From: Squalus acanthias
Lineage: Eukaryota
Assembly: GCA_030390025.1 (NCBI GenBank)
Contig: CM059425.1
Coordinates: 170,130,001-170,194,000, forward strand
Direction of reading: 5' to 3'
DNA length: 64,000 bases
Every line of letters starts with the position of its first letter. The stretch's first letter is position 1. A program made the position numbers and the translations under genes. Of this stretch, positions 10,800 through 23,420 are shown piece after piece. Below the pieces are notes generated by a model that saw nothing but the letters and a program-made list of their open reading frames with translations, searched no databases and was not told the origin of the DNA.

Positions 10800-12500
10800 G
10801 CACAGTAACATATGTTGGGTGGGCATCCATGCCAATATAAGCATATCATGGGCACCTACTATGGAGGGGTGGGAAATGTGGTCCCTAATGGTTGCTGAAG
10901 ATGGGGCAACTGTTTCACCAACCCAGAGAGTAGCTTTCCCTGCTGATTGGCCCCCTTTACAGAAGAACCAATCAAAACTACCTAGAATCACAAAGGAAAA
11001 TGTTCACCAAAGTATCAGTGAGTTTGTGGTGACCATCATGGAAAAACAATTGCTTTCCTTATCAATGCCCACAAAAATCCAGCCAGAGTCACTGCACAAT
11101 GATGAGGGGTGTGACTTCTGTCAATTTTTACTTTCCACTTTCTAGGATAGGGACCAACTGTGCAACCCCACTGCCACCTCAGCAGACATCAGCCAACTTA
11201 CTGCAGGACAAGGATAGAATGTGGGTCCTTGTTGGTTTGTATGGCTCAGTGCTACATAATGTGGCACTTGCCCTCTGAACCATCTGGGGAACTTGAACTG
11301 AGTTTAAGAAAAATATACAGGCCCTGAAGGTCCGATTCCTGTGATTTCCTACAGTGGGCCTTCCACCCGCCTTATGAATGCAACACCCACCCTGCCAGAA
11401 ACTGAGGGGTCAGCTCATTAGAATATTGTTGGGTGGGATAAAAACATGAGCAATTGTTGTAAAAAAAATGCTGGGAAGTCCAAGTTCTGCTTCTGAGGGC
11501 GCAACTGTAGCATTTGAAGCCAGATTGCCCTTAAATCAAAAGCAGCATGCAGCAAGGGGAAGACATGGCTATCACAGGAGGAAGCAGAAAATTGCACAGA
11601 TATAGAAATATTCTTCTTACAGAAGTTAGGCACAAGTGGATATAATAATGGGAGCAAGTGACAAGAGACCTGCTAATACAGCAGCTAGGACCATGTGGAA
11701 GGAACTGACACAGATAGTGAGTGGCAATTTCCTAACCCCCAGGACCCCTTTCTAATGCAGGATGAGGTTTAATGGCCTCACAAGGTCAGCAAAGGTAAGA
11801 ATTATGGCTCCAAACTGCTGTTAATGTATATTTTGTACATTTCAGACAGTAGACCTATATTTATCATAAAAATGCATTCAAAAAATCTACAGGTATCATA
11901 TTGTGCACTAAATGAACTGTACTGACACCTGCACATGGAAAGCTTCAGTCAAATGGAGACAGCATCCTTAAATGCTTGCATGTCCATTGAAGCCTCACTA
12001 TTTCTGCAGAAATTCTATGAGAAATGATGAGAATTCTCAAATAGTTGTCCAATTAAACAGTCTGTGACTGACAATAACAAGTGTTGCTTTGTCATGCAGG
12101 AAATATTGTGCACAATTTCTAATGAGGACAGGCTACAGGAAGAGAGATAGCGGAGGAGGAGGTAAACCATATTTTGGCAACTTACTCACTAATACTGTAA
12201 GGGATAGAGACATGGGAGAGCCAGCACCCATGGGTGTTTTGTACTGACTAAGTGATAATGTCCAAAGATAGAAATGTTCTCTCATTTTAGGCTCCTACTC
12301 AGAGGGGACCCTAACATGAGGCTAACGGGAAGGGAAAGTGGACATCAGGAAACTCATTACATTTCCCATTCTTCTATTTCCAGAGAACCTGGAATGAAGA
12401 AAGATGCTGCAGAGAGAGAGACAGAAAGAACCAATGCTAGAACCTTCAACATCTGGCACTGCCAGCAGAAATTGCCCTCCCCAACCCCCTCTCCCCACCA
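10800..12500. pseudogene. Ancient Harbinger relics: transposase fragment (minus, ~10800-11120) and Myb/SANT exons (plus, ~11590-12500)
   Basis: Degenerate IVGAHD (compare VQGAIDCTH); ARTMWKEL...RTPF*CRMRFNGLTRSAK followed by GTAAGA, the same donor position as exon 1 of the near-intact element. Confidence 0.5.
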
Positions 12501-12894
12501 TGAACTCTATCTGCACTGACCAGCCTAGATAGGTTAATTCAGGATGATATAGACAGTCTAGATGAGGAACTGACACAGTTGATTCACAACTCACAAGGAA
12601 GCTAAAGGATAAGGTATTGGAGGTGGAGCATGATGTACTTGAGCTTAGGAAATGTCAGACCCTGGCCGATGAACATTCTGACAATGATCTCAGGGGTCTT
12701 CTTGTGAAAAGATGATTTTCTTGGTCAACATAATAGATCTCCAGATGATGATGAGGGAAATACAGTTCATCCACTTAGCCCATCATGGCATCTAACTGCT
12801 TTTTAAATGATCGCAGGGATTTTGCCTCCACTGATCTACTAAGAAGTCCATTCCACTCTTTGTAGGAAGAAGAACTTCCTGACATCAGTCCTAA

Positions 12895-13117
12895 TGTGGA
12901 ATTCTCTGCCCCAGAGAGCCGTGAAGGCTGGGTCATTAAATACAATTAAGGTGGAGATAGACAGATTTTTGCAAGATAAGGGAGTGAAGGGTTATGGGGA
13001 GCGGGCAGGGAAGTGGCTTTGAGCCCAAGATCAGCCATGATCTTATTGAATGGCGGAGCAGGCTCGAGGGGCCAAGTGGCCTATTCCTGCTCCTATTTCT
13101 TATGTTATTATGTTCTA
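12895..13117 (+). mobile_element. CR1 3'-end fragment inserted into an older CR1 relic
   Basis: Near-identical to the reverse complement of 37241-37452; short direct repeat CTAA at both edges. Confidence 0.85.
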
Positions 13118-13277
13118 AATTTGTCCTTTACTAGTTTGGACAGTGCCCCTTGAGCTGCTGTCATGGGTTACTTAGAAGGTTTCTCCTATTTAATAATGTT
13201 CCCCTAAACCTGCATGTGGAGAAACATTTGACTTTTACAGTAGCTTCCCCTGGACTAATGATCCAGTTTTTGGATTA

Positions 13278-16200
13278 CTTGAGTAGTACGCTGATCTTGA
13301 GTATTACGCTGATCTTGAGTGTTACGCTGATCTTGAGTATTACGCTAATCTTGAGTAGTACGCTGATCTTGAGTAGTACGCTGATCTTGAGTATTACGCT
13401 GATCTTGAGTAGTACGCTGATCTTGAGTAGTACGCTGATCTTGAGTATTACGCTGATCTTGAGTAGTACGCTGATCTTGAGTAGTAAGCTGATCTTGAGT
13501 ATTACGCTGATCTTGAGTAGTACGCTGATCTTGAGTAGTAAGCTGATCTTGAGTAGTAAGCTGATCTTGAGTAGTACGCTGATCTTGAGTATTACGCTGA
13601 TCTTGAGTATGACGTTGATCTTGAGTAGTACGCTGATCTTGAGTATTACGCTGATCTTGAGTATTACGTTGATCTTGAGTATTACGCTGATCTTGAGTAT
13701 GACGTTGATCTTGAGTAGTACGCTGATCTTGAGTATTACGCTGATCTTGAGTATTACTCTAATCTTGAGTAGTACGCTGATCTTGAGTATTACGCTGATC
13801 TTGAGTATGACGTTGATCTTGAGTAGTACGCTGATATGGAGTATTAGGCTGATCTTGAGTATGACGTTGATCTTGAGTATTATGCTGATTTTGAGTATTA
13901 CGCTGATCTTGAGCAGTACGCTGATCTTGAGTATTACTCTGATCTTGAGTATTACGCTGATATGGAGTATTACGCTGATCTTGAGTATTACTCTGATCTT
14001 GCGTAGTATGCTGATCTTGAGTATTACGCTGATCTTGAGTATTACGCTGATCTTGAGTATTACGCTGATCTTGAGTATGACGTTGATCTTGAGTATTACG
14101 CTGATTTTGAGTATTACGCTGATCTTGAGTAGTACGCTGATCTTGAGTATTACGCTGATCTTGAGTAGTACGCTGATCTTGAGTATTACGCTGATCTTGA
14201 GTAGTACGCTGATTTTGAGTATTACGCTGATCTTGAGTATTACGCTGATCTTGAGTAGTACGCTGATCTTGAGTATTACTCTGATCTTGAGTATGACGTT
14301 GATCTTGAGTATTACGTTAATCTTGAGTAGTAAGCTGATCTTGAGTATGACGTTGATCTTGAGTAGTAAGCTGATCTTGAGTAGTACGCTGATCTTGAGT
14401 AGTACGCTGATCTTGAGTATTACGCTGATCTTGAGTATGACGTTGATCTTGAGTAGTACGCTGATCTTGAGTATTACGCTGATCTTGAGTATTACGCTGA
14501 TCTTGAGTATGACGTTGATCTTCAGTAGTACGCTGATCTTGAGTATTACGCTGATCTTGAGTATGACGTTGATCTTGAGTAGTAAGCTGATCTTGAGTAG
14601 TACGCTGATGTTGAGTATTACGCTGATCTTGAGTATGACGTTGATCTTGAGTAGTAAGCTGATCTTGAGTAGTACGCTGATCTTGAGTATTACGCTGATC
14701 TTGAGTATGACGTTGATCTTGAGTATTACGCTGATCTTGAGTATGACGTTGATCTTGAGTAGTAAGCTGATCTTGAGTATTACTCTGATCTTGAGTATGA
14801 CGTTGATCTTGAGTATTACGTTAATCTTGAATAGTAAGCTGATCTTGAGTATGACGTTGATCTTGAGTAGTAAGCTGATTGAGTAGTACGCTGATCTTGA
14901 GTAGTACGCTGATCTTGAGTATTACGCTGATCTTGTGTATGACGTTGATCTTGAGTAGTACGCTGATCTTGAGTATTACGCTGATCTTGAGTATTACGCT
15001 GATCTTGAGTATGACGTTGATCTTGAGTAGTACGCTGATCTTGAGTATTACGCTGATCTTGAGTATGACGTTGATCTTGAGTAGTAAGCTGATCTTGAGC
15101 AGTACGCTGATCTTGAGTAGTAAGCTGATCTTGAGTAGTACGCTGATCTTGAGTAGTACGCTGATCTTGAGTATTAAGCTGATCTTGAGTATGACGTTGA
15201 TCTTGAGTAGTACGCTGATCTTGAGTATTACGCTGATCTTGAGTATGACGTTGATCTTGAGTATTACGCTGATCTTGAGTATGACGTTGATCTTGAGTAG
15301 TAAGCTGATCTTGAGTATTACTCTGATCTTGAGTATGACGTTGATCTTGAGTATTACGTTAATCTTGAGTAGTAAGCTGATCTTGAGTATGACGTTGATC
15401 TTGAGTAGTAAGCTGATCTTGAGTAGTACGCTGATCTTGAGTAGTACGCTGATCTTGAGTATTACGCTGATCTTGAGTATGACGTTGATCTTGAGTAGTC
15501 GCTGATCTTGAGTATTACGCTGATCTTGAGTATTACGCTGATCATGCGTATTACTCTGATCTTGAGTATGACGTTGATATGGAGTATTACGCTGATCTTG
15601 AGTATTACTCTGATCTTGAGTAGTACGCTGATCTTGAGTAATACGCTGATTTTGAGTATTACGCTGATCTTGAGTATTACTCTGATCTTGAGTATTACGC
15701 TGATATGGAGTATTACGCTGATCTTGAGTATTACTCTGATCTTGAGTAGTACGCTGATCTTGAGTATTACTCTGATCTTGAGTATTACACTGATCTTGAG
15801 TAGTACGCTGATCTTGAGTAGTACGCTGATCTTAAGTATTACACTGATCTTGAGTAGTAAGCTGATCTTGAGTATTACACTGATCTTGAGTAGTACGCTG
15901 ATCTTGAGTATTACGCTGATCTTGAGTATTACGCTGATCTTGAGTATTACGTTGATCTTGAGTAGTACGCTGATCTTGAGTATTACGTTGATCTTGAGTA
16001 TTACGCTGATCTTGAGTATTACTCTTATCTTGAGTATTACGCTGATCTTGAGTAGTACGCTGATCTTGAGTAGTAAGTTGATCTTGAGTATTACTCTGAT
16101 CTTGAGTATTACTCTGATCTTGAGTATTATGTTGATCTTGAGTATTACTCTTATCTTGAGTATTACGCTGATCTTGAGTATTACTCTTATCTTGAGTATT

Positions 16201-17587
16201 ACGCTGATCTTGAGTATTACTCTATCTTGAGTATTACTTTGATCTTGAGTATTACTCTTATCTTCAGTATTACGCTGATCTTGAGTATTACTCTTATCTT
16301 GAGTAGTAAGTTGATCTTGAGTATTACCCTGATCTTGAGTATTACGCTGATCTTGAGTATTACGTTGATCTTGAGTATTACGCTGATCTTGAGTATTACT
16401 CTTATCTTGAGTATTACGCTGATCTTGAGTAGTACGCTGATCTTGAGTAGTAAGTTGATCTTGAGTATTACTCTGATCTTGAGTATTACGCTGATCTTGA
16501 GTCTTACTCTTATCTTGAGTATTACGCTGATCTTGAGTAGTACGCTGATCTTGAGTAGTAAGTTGATCTTGAGTATTACTCTGATCTTGAGTATTACGCT
16601 GATCTTGAGTATTACGCTGATCTTGAGTAGTACGCTGATCTTGAGTAGTAAGTTGATCTTGAGTATTACTCTGATCTTGAGTATTACTCTGATCTTGAGT
16701 ATTACGTTGATCTTGAGTAGTAAGTTGATCTTGAGTATTAATCTGAACTTGAGTATTACACTGATCTTGAGTATTACGTTGATCTTGAGTATTATGCTGA
16801 TCTTGAGTGTTACGCTGATCTTGAGTAGTACGTTGATCTTGAGTATTACGTTGATCTTGAGTAGTAAGTTGATCTTGAGTATTGCTCTGATCTTGAGTAC
16901 TACTCTGATCTTGAGTATTACGCTGATCTTGAGTATTACGTTGATCTTGAGTAGTAAGTTGATCTTGAGTATTATGCTGATCTTGAGTATTACGTTGATC
17001 TTGAGTAGTAAGCTGATCTTGAGTAGTACGTTGTTCTTGAGTATTACGCTGATCTTGAGTAGTACGCTGATCTTGAGTATTACGTTGATCTTGAGTATTA
17101 CATTGATCTTGAGTATTACGCTGATCTTGAGTATTACGTTGATCTTGAGTAGTAAGTTGATCTTGAGTATTACGCTGATCTTCAGTATTATGTTGATCTT
17201 GAGTAGTAAGCTGATCTTGAGTAGTATGCTGATCTTGAGTAGTAAGCTGATCTTGAGTAGTACGTTGTTCTTGAGTAGTAAGCTAATCTTGAGTATTACT
17301 CTGATCTTGAGTAGTAAGCTGATCTTGTGTAGTACACTGATCTTGAGTAGTACGCTGATCTTGAGTATTACGCTGATCTTGAGTAGTACGCTGATCTTGA
17401 GTAGTACGCTGACCTTGAGTATTACTCTGATCTGGAGTATTATGCTGATCTTGAGTATTACGCTGATTTTGAGTAGTACGCTGATCTTGAGTATTACGCT
17501 GATCTTGAGTAGTACGCTGATCTTGAGTATTACTCTGATCTTGAGTATTACACTGATCTTGATTAGTACGCTGATCTTGAGTAGCAC
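13278..17587. repeat. 18-bp minisatellite, left block (~240 units; consensus TTGAGTA(T/G)TACGCTGATC)
   Basis: Continuous 18-bp period with a small set of recurrent unit variants. Confidence 0.98.
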
Positions 17588-19860
17588 ACAGAAACATATA
17601 GAAGATAGGAGCAAGAGTAGGCCATTCGGCCCCTCGAGCCTGCTCCGCCATTCGATGAGATCATGGCTGATCATCCAAACTCAGTACCCTGTACCTGCCT
17701 TCTCCCCATATCCCTTGATACCTTTAGCTTTAAGAAATATATCTAACTCATTCTTGAATATATTTAATGACTTGGCCTCAACTACCTTCTGTGGTAGAGA
17801 ATTCCACAGGTTCACCACTCTCTGGGTGAAGAAATTCTTCCTCATTTCTGTCCTAAATGGCTTACCCATTATCCTTAGTTTATGACCCCTGGTTCTGGAC
17901 TCTCCGACCATCAGGAACATTCTTCCTGCATCTAGTTTGTCCAGACCTGTCAGAATTTTATATGTTTCGATGAGATCCCCTCTCATTCTTCTATACTCCA
18001 GCGAGTATAAGCCCAATCGACCCAATCTCTCCTCATATGTCATTCCTGCCATCCCAGGTATCAGCCTTGTGAATCTTCGCTGAACTCCTTCCATGGCAAG
18101 AACATCCTTCCTCAGATAAGGTGACCAAAACTGCACACAGTACTCAAGGTGTGGTCTCACCAAGGCCCTGTACAACTGCAGCAGGACATCCCTGTTCCTA
18201 TACTCAAACCCTTTCGCTATGAAGGCCAACATACCATTTGCCTTCTTCACCGCCTGCTGCACCTGCATGCTTACTTTCAGCGACTGGTGCACAAGGACAC
18301 CCAGGTCTCGTTGCACTTCCCCTTCTCCCAATCTATTGCCATTCAGATAATAGTCTGCCTTTCTGTTTTTGACACCAAAGTGGATAACCTCGCACTTATC
18401 CACGTTATATTGCATCTGCCACGCTTCTGCCCACTCACCCAACCTGTCCAAATCATCCTGGAGTTTCTCGGTATCCTCCTCGCAGCACACACTCCCACCC
18501 AGCTTTGTGTCATCTGCAAACTTGGAGATATTACATTTAGTTCCCTTATCTAGATCATTAATGTATATTGTGAATAGCTGGGGTCCAAGGACCGATCCCT
18601 GCGGTATCCCACTAGTCACTGCTTGCCACTCGGAAAAAGACCCATTAATTCCTACTCTCTGATTTCTGTCCGCCAACCAGTTCTCTATCCAAGTCAATAC
18701 CTTGCCCCCAATCCCATGTGCCTTAACTTTACATGCTAATCTCTTATGCGGGACGTTATCGAAAGTCTTTTGAAAGCCCAAATACACCACATCTACTGGT
18801 TCTCCCTTATCTATTTTCCCAGTTACATCCTCAAAAAATTCCAGTAGATTAGTCAAGCACGATTTACCTTTTGTAAATCCATGTTGACTTTGTCCGATCC
18901 TGTCACTGTTTTTCAAGTGCTCAGCTATTACATCCTTTATAATGGACTCTAGCATTTTCCCCAATACCGATGTCAGGCTTACCGGTCTGTAATTCTCCGC
19001 TTTCTCTCTACCACCCTTTTTGAATAGTGGGGTAACATTGGCTACCCTTCAATCCATGGGTACAGTTCCAGATTCCATCGAATGTTGGAAGATGATCAGC
19101 AATGCATCTACTATTTCTAGGGCCACTTCCTTAAGTACCCTAGGATGTAGATTATCAGGCCCTGGGGATTTATCGGCCTTCAATCCCGTCAATTTCCCTA
19201 ACACCATTTCCCTGCAAATACTGATTTCTTTCAGTTCCTCCCTTTCATCAGACCGTATGTTCTCCAACATCTCTGGGAGGTTATTTGTGTCCTCCTTTGT
19301 GAAGACAGAACCAAAATATGCATTTAATTGGTCTGCCATTTCTTTGTTCCCCATTATAACTTCCCCCGCTTCTGACTGCAAGGGACCTACACTTGATTTC
19401 ACTAATCTTTTTCTCTTCACATATCTATAAAAGCTCTTACAGTCAGTTTTTATGTTCCCAGCAAGCTTACTTTCATATTCTGTTTTCCCCTTCTTAATTA
19501 ATCCCTTTGTCCTCCTTTGTTGAATCCTAAACTGCTGCCAATCATAAGGGCTACCGCTTTTTCTGGCCAATTTATATGCCCTCTCCTTGGATCTTATGCT
19601 ATCCCTAATTTCCCTTGTTAGCCACGGTTGAGTCACCCTTTTTGTTTTATTCTTATGCCACACTGGGATGAACAAATTCTGTAGTTCATCCATGCAGTCT
19701 TTGAATGTTTGCCATTGCCTATCCACCGTCAACCCCTTGAGTGACATTCCCCAATCAATCCTACCCAATTCGCGCCTCATACCATCGTAGTTTCCTTTAT
19801 TTAAATTCAGGACCCTAGTCTCTGATTCAACGACTTCACTCTCCATCCTAATGAAGAATT
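17588..19860 (-). mobile_element. 5'-truncated CR1 LINE (~2.3 kb of ORF2 plus 3' end) inserted in the minisatellite
   Basis: ORFs 19049-19846 and 17681-18964: SPGPDNLHPRVLKE, QHGFTKGKSCLTNL, GIPQGSVLGP, KFADDTK; CAC duplicated at both edges. Confidence 0.95.
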
Positions 19861-20518
19861 CACGTTGATCGTGAGTATTACTCTGATCTTGAGTATTACT
19901 CTGATTTGAGTATTGCGCTGATCTTGAGTATTACGCTGATCTTGAGTAGCACGCTGATCTTGAGTAGTACGTTGATCTTGAGTATTACGCTGATCTTGAG
20001 TAGTACGCTGATCTTGAGTAGTACGCTGATCTTGAGTATTACTCTGATCTTGAGTATTACTCTGATTTGAGTATTACGCTGATCTTGAGTATTCCGCTGA
20101 TCTTGAGTAGTACGCTGATCTTGAGTATTACGCTGATCTTGAGTAGTACGCTGATCTTGAGTAGTACGCTGATCTTGAGTATTACTCTGATCTTGAGTAT
20201 TACGCTGATCTTGAGTATTACGCTGATCTTGAGTATTACGCTGATCTTGAGTAGTACGCTGATCTTGAGTATTACGCTGATCTTGAGTAGTACGCTGATC
20301 TTGAGTAGTTCGCTGATCTTGAGTATTACGCTGATCTTGAGTAGTACGCTGATCTTGAGTATTACGCTGATCTTCAGTATTAAGCTGATCTTGAGTATTA
20401 CGCTGATCTTGAGTAGTACGCTGATCTTGAGTATTACGCTGATCTTGAGTAGTACGCTGATCTTGAGTATTACGCTGATCTTGAGTATTACGCTGATCTG
20501 AGTAGTACGCTGATCTTG
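19861..20518. repeat. 18-bp minisatellite, right block (~36 units)
   Basis: Same unit resumes in phase after the CR1. Confidence 0.97.
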
Positions 20519-20648
20519 CCAAAAGCAACTTACACTGAAATTTCCTGAACATCTAATTAGCATACACCGGAATGTAAATACCAGCGTAAAACCAGCAGAA
20601 ATCAGTGTAAACAATCGGTGCCCAAGGAAAGCATGGAATATATGGCAC

Positions 20649-20781
20649 CAACGTTCCTGCTAAACTGCGCAGCCAGGACCGACTTTTCAAATGTGAAATT
20701 TCTCGCTTGCACAAAACTTTGAATGGGCTGCGCAACCCGTTAAAGGAACCGCGCACCCCCAAAAAATGAGGGGGAACATTG
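20649..20781. mobile_element. Small hAT-like MITE
   Basis: Termini CAACGTTCC...GGAACATTG; imperfect 8-bp TSD TATGGCAC / TGTGCCAC. Confidence 0.55.
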
Positions 20782-21733
20782 TGTGCCACCCTCCATCGTT
20801 AAGTTCCTCGATGTTATGAAATTTAAAGTTTGAAGCCACCAAATCATCATTTATGCATATTTTATGCATTGTTTAAGAAAATGCAATTGTGGAATCTTTT
20901 CTCTTTTTACTATAACAAATTCTAATGCCATAAAAAACATTCAGAGATATAAATGCAGTGCACATCTCAGTAAGGAGAAATTAAAAAATTGTTAAAAAAA
21001 CACCTATTATAAAACACCAGAATTAGTTTAGTCATGCTTCACCTAAAATTTTGGGTGAAATTTATGCCCGTTCAGAACTGCCACAAGTACAGGGAACTCA
21101 CGCTCTCTGGTCTTTTGCATAGGGGAGGCGCTATGTTAATCAGCTAAGTTGGGGTTTCAGATGATGTAACTTGGTGAACCGTGCGTAGCAAGGTTCTGGC
21201 ATAAAACCAGCGTAAGTCACTTCCAAGCGATTTTCCTTGGTTAAACCTGGTGCAACACAGCTCTTACACCATTGTTGCAATGGAAATAATTAGGAAATTC
21301 CAGGCTATTGAAATAAAGAGGAATTCGGTTGCTTCTTCATCAATGGTTCCCACATGATCAGCTTTATTAGAGTTATCTCCATCATCAGCTGTATGAGGGC
21401 GCAATACAGTAGCTGTGGTTAAAGGTGAATAGCATCTGTATCCAGTTCACTTAAACTTAGAAGCTGTGAACCAGGTCTTCAAACTCAAAATATAAAAGGA
21501 TTTTTCTTTGGAGATATCTCTAAGGTCTTCAAATTGGACCTAAGTCCTCCCTTTTATGATCTATATTTCTCAATTATTTTCCCTGTTGAGATTTAATTGC
21601 AGGCTTAATACACAGGGGTACCTGTAGGATAGCCCCAAAAGCAGCAGTCAGTAGGCAGACCTAAACAGTCCCTCACCCAATGGATCAGAACAAAGTTCTG
21701 TAGACCTACCACACCTAGTCAAGTTATTAAAGT

Positions 21734-22256
21734 GAGAAGTCGCACAACACCAGGTTATAGTCCAACAGATTTATTTAATTTTACAAGCTTTCGAAGCGGT
21801 TCGCACCTTCCTCAGGTAGGGTAGCAGTGAGAGAATCTCCCAGAATTCACAATATAAACACAGACAAAATCTATTCAAATCTTTCCCTACATCAAAGACA
21901 CACTAAGAGCACAGCCAAGACAATGAGATGTGTCCCAGGGGGTCCAACGTGTCAAAACACCTGCTGGCTGCATATCCTGTCAATTTGTGTTGGTTCTTGT
22001 GTTAGTCTTTTTAAAAAAAAACACCTGGAAAGACCGGCCATGATGTCAAGTCACGTTCTGTATCGTGTCATGAACCCGATATCGCGATTGAGGCCATCCT
22101 CATGAGTGCGGAACTTGGCTATCAGTTTCTGCTCTATGATTTTGCGCTGTCGTGTATCCCGAAGGCCGCCTTGGAGAACGCTTACCCGCAGATCCGAGGC
22201 TGAATGCCCCTGGCTGCTGAAGTGTTCCCCGACTGGGAGGCAACCCTCCTGCTATT
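21734..22256 (-). mobile_element. Penelope-like element (family A) 3' fragment: GIY-YIG C-terminus, pLTR and hammerhead
   Basis: Homologous to 26630-27145; 12-bp TSD AGTTATTAAAGT (21722-21733 and 22257-22268). Confidence 0.9.
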
Positions 22257-22269
22257 AGTTATTAAAGTT

Positions 22270-23420
22270 ATTAAAGGTCATGGAATAGTTGACAAATTGT
22301 CCCGATGGATTGAGTATTGATTGGCAACTAAGACAGAGGGCAGAGATAAATGGAAATGTACTGCCTGGAAAAAGTAACTAGTGCAGCTCCGCGGGAATCT
22401 TTCCTGGGACACCCATTATTTACAATATTTGTGACTGATATAGAACAGGGCACCTGCATTGATGATGACACAAAGTTCTGTGAGCAGGTAATGAGTAGAA
22501 AAGAGACTGAGGGGTAGAAATTCATCTGGGGCGGTGGCGCTAAACGGGCGTTATTGGATCAACCGCCTGTTATACGCAGCTCCTGATAGTCAGTTCCATT
22601 GACTGCAATAGAACTGAATATCAGGAGCTGCGTACAACGGGCGGCCAATCCGATACCGCCCGTTTTGTGCCACCGCCCGAAATGAATTTCTACCCCAGAG
22701 TATCTTGAGAGAGATTTGTACCAATTGTGCAGAAGAGCTGATACGAATCCGGATGGGTTTTAATGTGGATAATGAAGGGTAATGCACAAAGGAACAGCTA
22801 ACAAAAAACACGTTGGCAGAGACTCAGAAGGGAAATGATTGAGAGTGATCATTGATCATACTGTGAAAGCATCAACTCAGTATGAGGCATTTACTAGTAA
22901 GGCAAATTAACCATCGGACTAGAACTCAGAAGAAGTTATTCTGATATTATACACATCAATGGTGAGGCCATTTCTGCAGTAGGGAGTACACTTTTGGCCA
23001 CCCAACCTCCAAAAGGATATAGATGCAAAGGGTTCCACAGAAAAGCTACCAGGATAATTCCAGGCCTTGGGGATCAGTTATGAAGAAAAGCTCAAGCAAT
23101 TAAACATATTTTCATTGGAGAAAAAACACTGAAAGGAGACATAATACACTTTTCTAAAACAATGAAAACTATAGTTGAAGTGGAATTAAGCAAGCTATTT
23201 ATCTTGAGCAGGGACCATAGGACTAGAAGACAAAAAAATTCACAAGCATTGAACCATGGTAGAAAACACATCTCCCCCCCCCCCCCCCCCCCCCCCCCAC
23301 ACACAGGATAGTGGATATTTGGAACAAACTTCAAGAGAATGAAGTTATATTTGGGGTCAATTAAAACCTTTAAAAAAGGAACTGGGTTGTTATTTGTTGG
23401 GAAACAGGATTAAGGGTTAT
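22270..23420 (+). mobile_element. Old degenerate CR1 RT relic
   Basis: Decayed PLLFTIF, DDDTK and LVRP-like segments in CR1 order. Confidence 0.55.
22511..22696. mobile_element. 186-bp fold-back Harbinger/Tourist-type MITE
   Basis: 15-bp TIR GGGGTAGAAATTCAT (first 12 bp match the right TIR of the two-gene element); whole element is an imperfect palindrome; flanks TGA / AGA. Confidence 0.88.

Noticed and set aside
13150..17885. Long ILSITL, KISVIL and TQDQRN repeat ORFs
   Set aside because: By-product of a stop-free 18-bp unit; frames shift at indels, a CR1 interrupts the array, and there is no gene structure
13278..20518. CRISPR-like array
   Set aside because: Head-to-tail units with no unique spacers, no cas genes, vertebrate context
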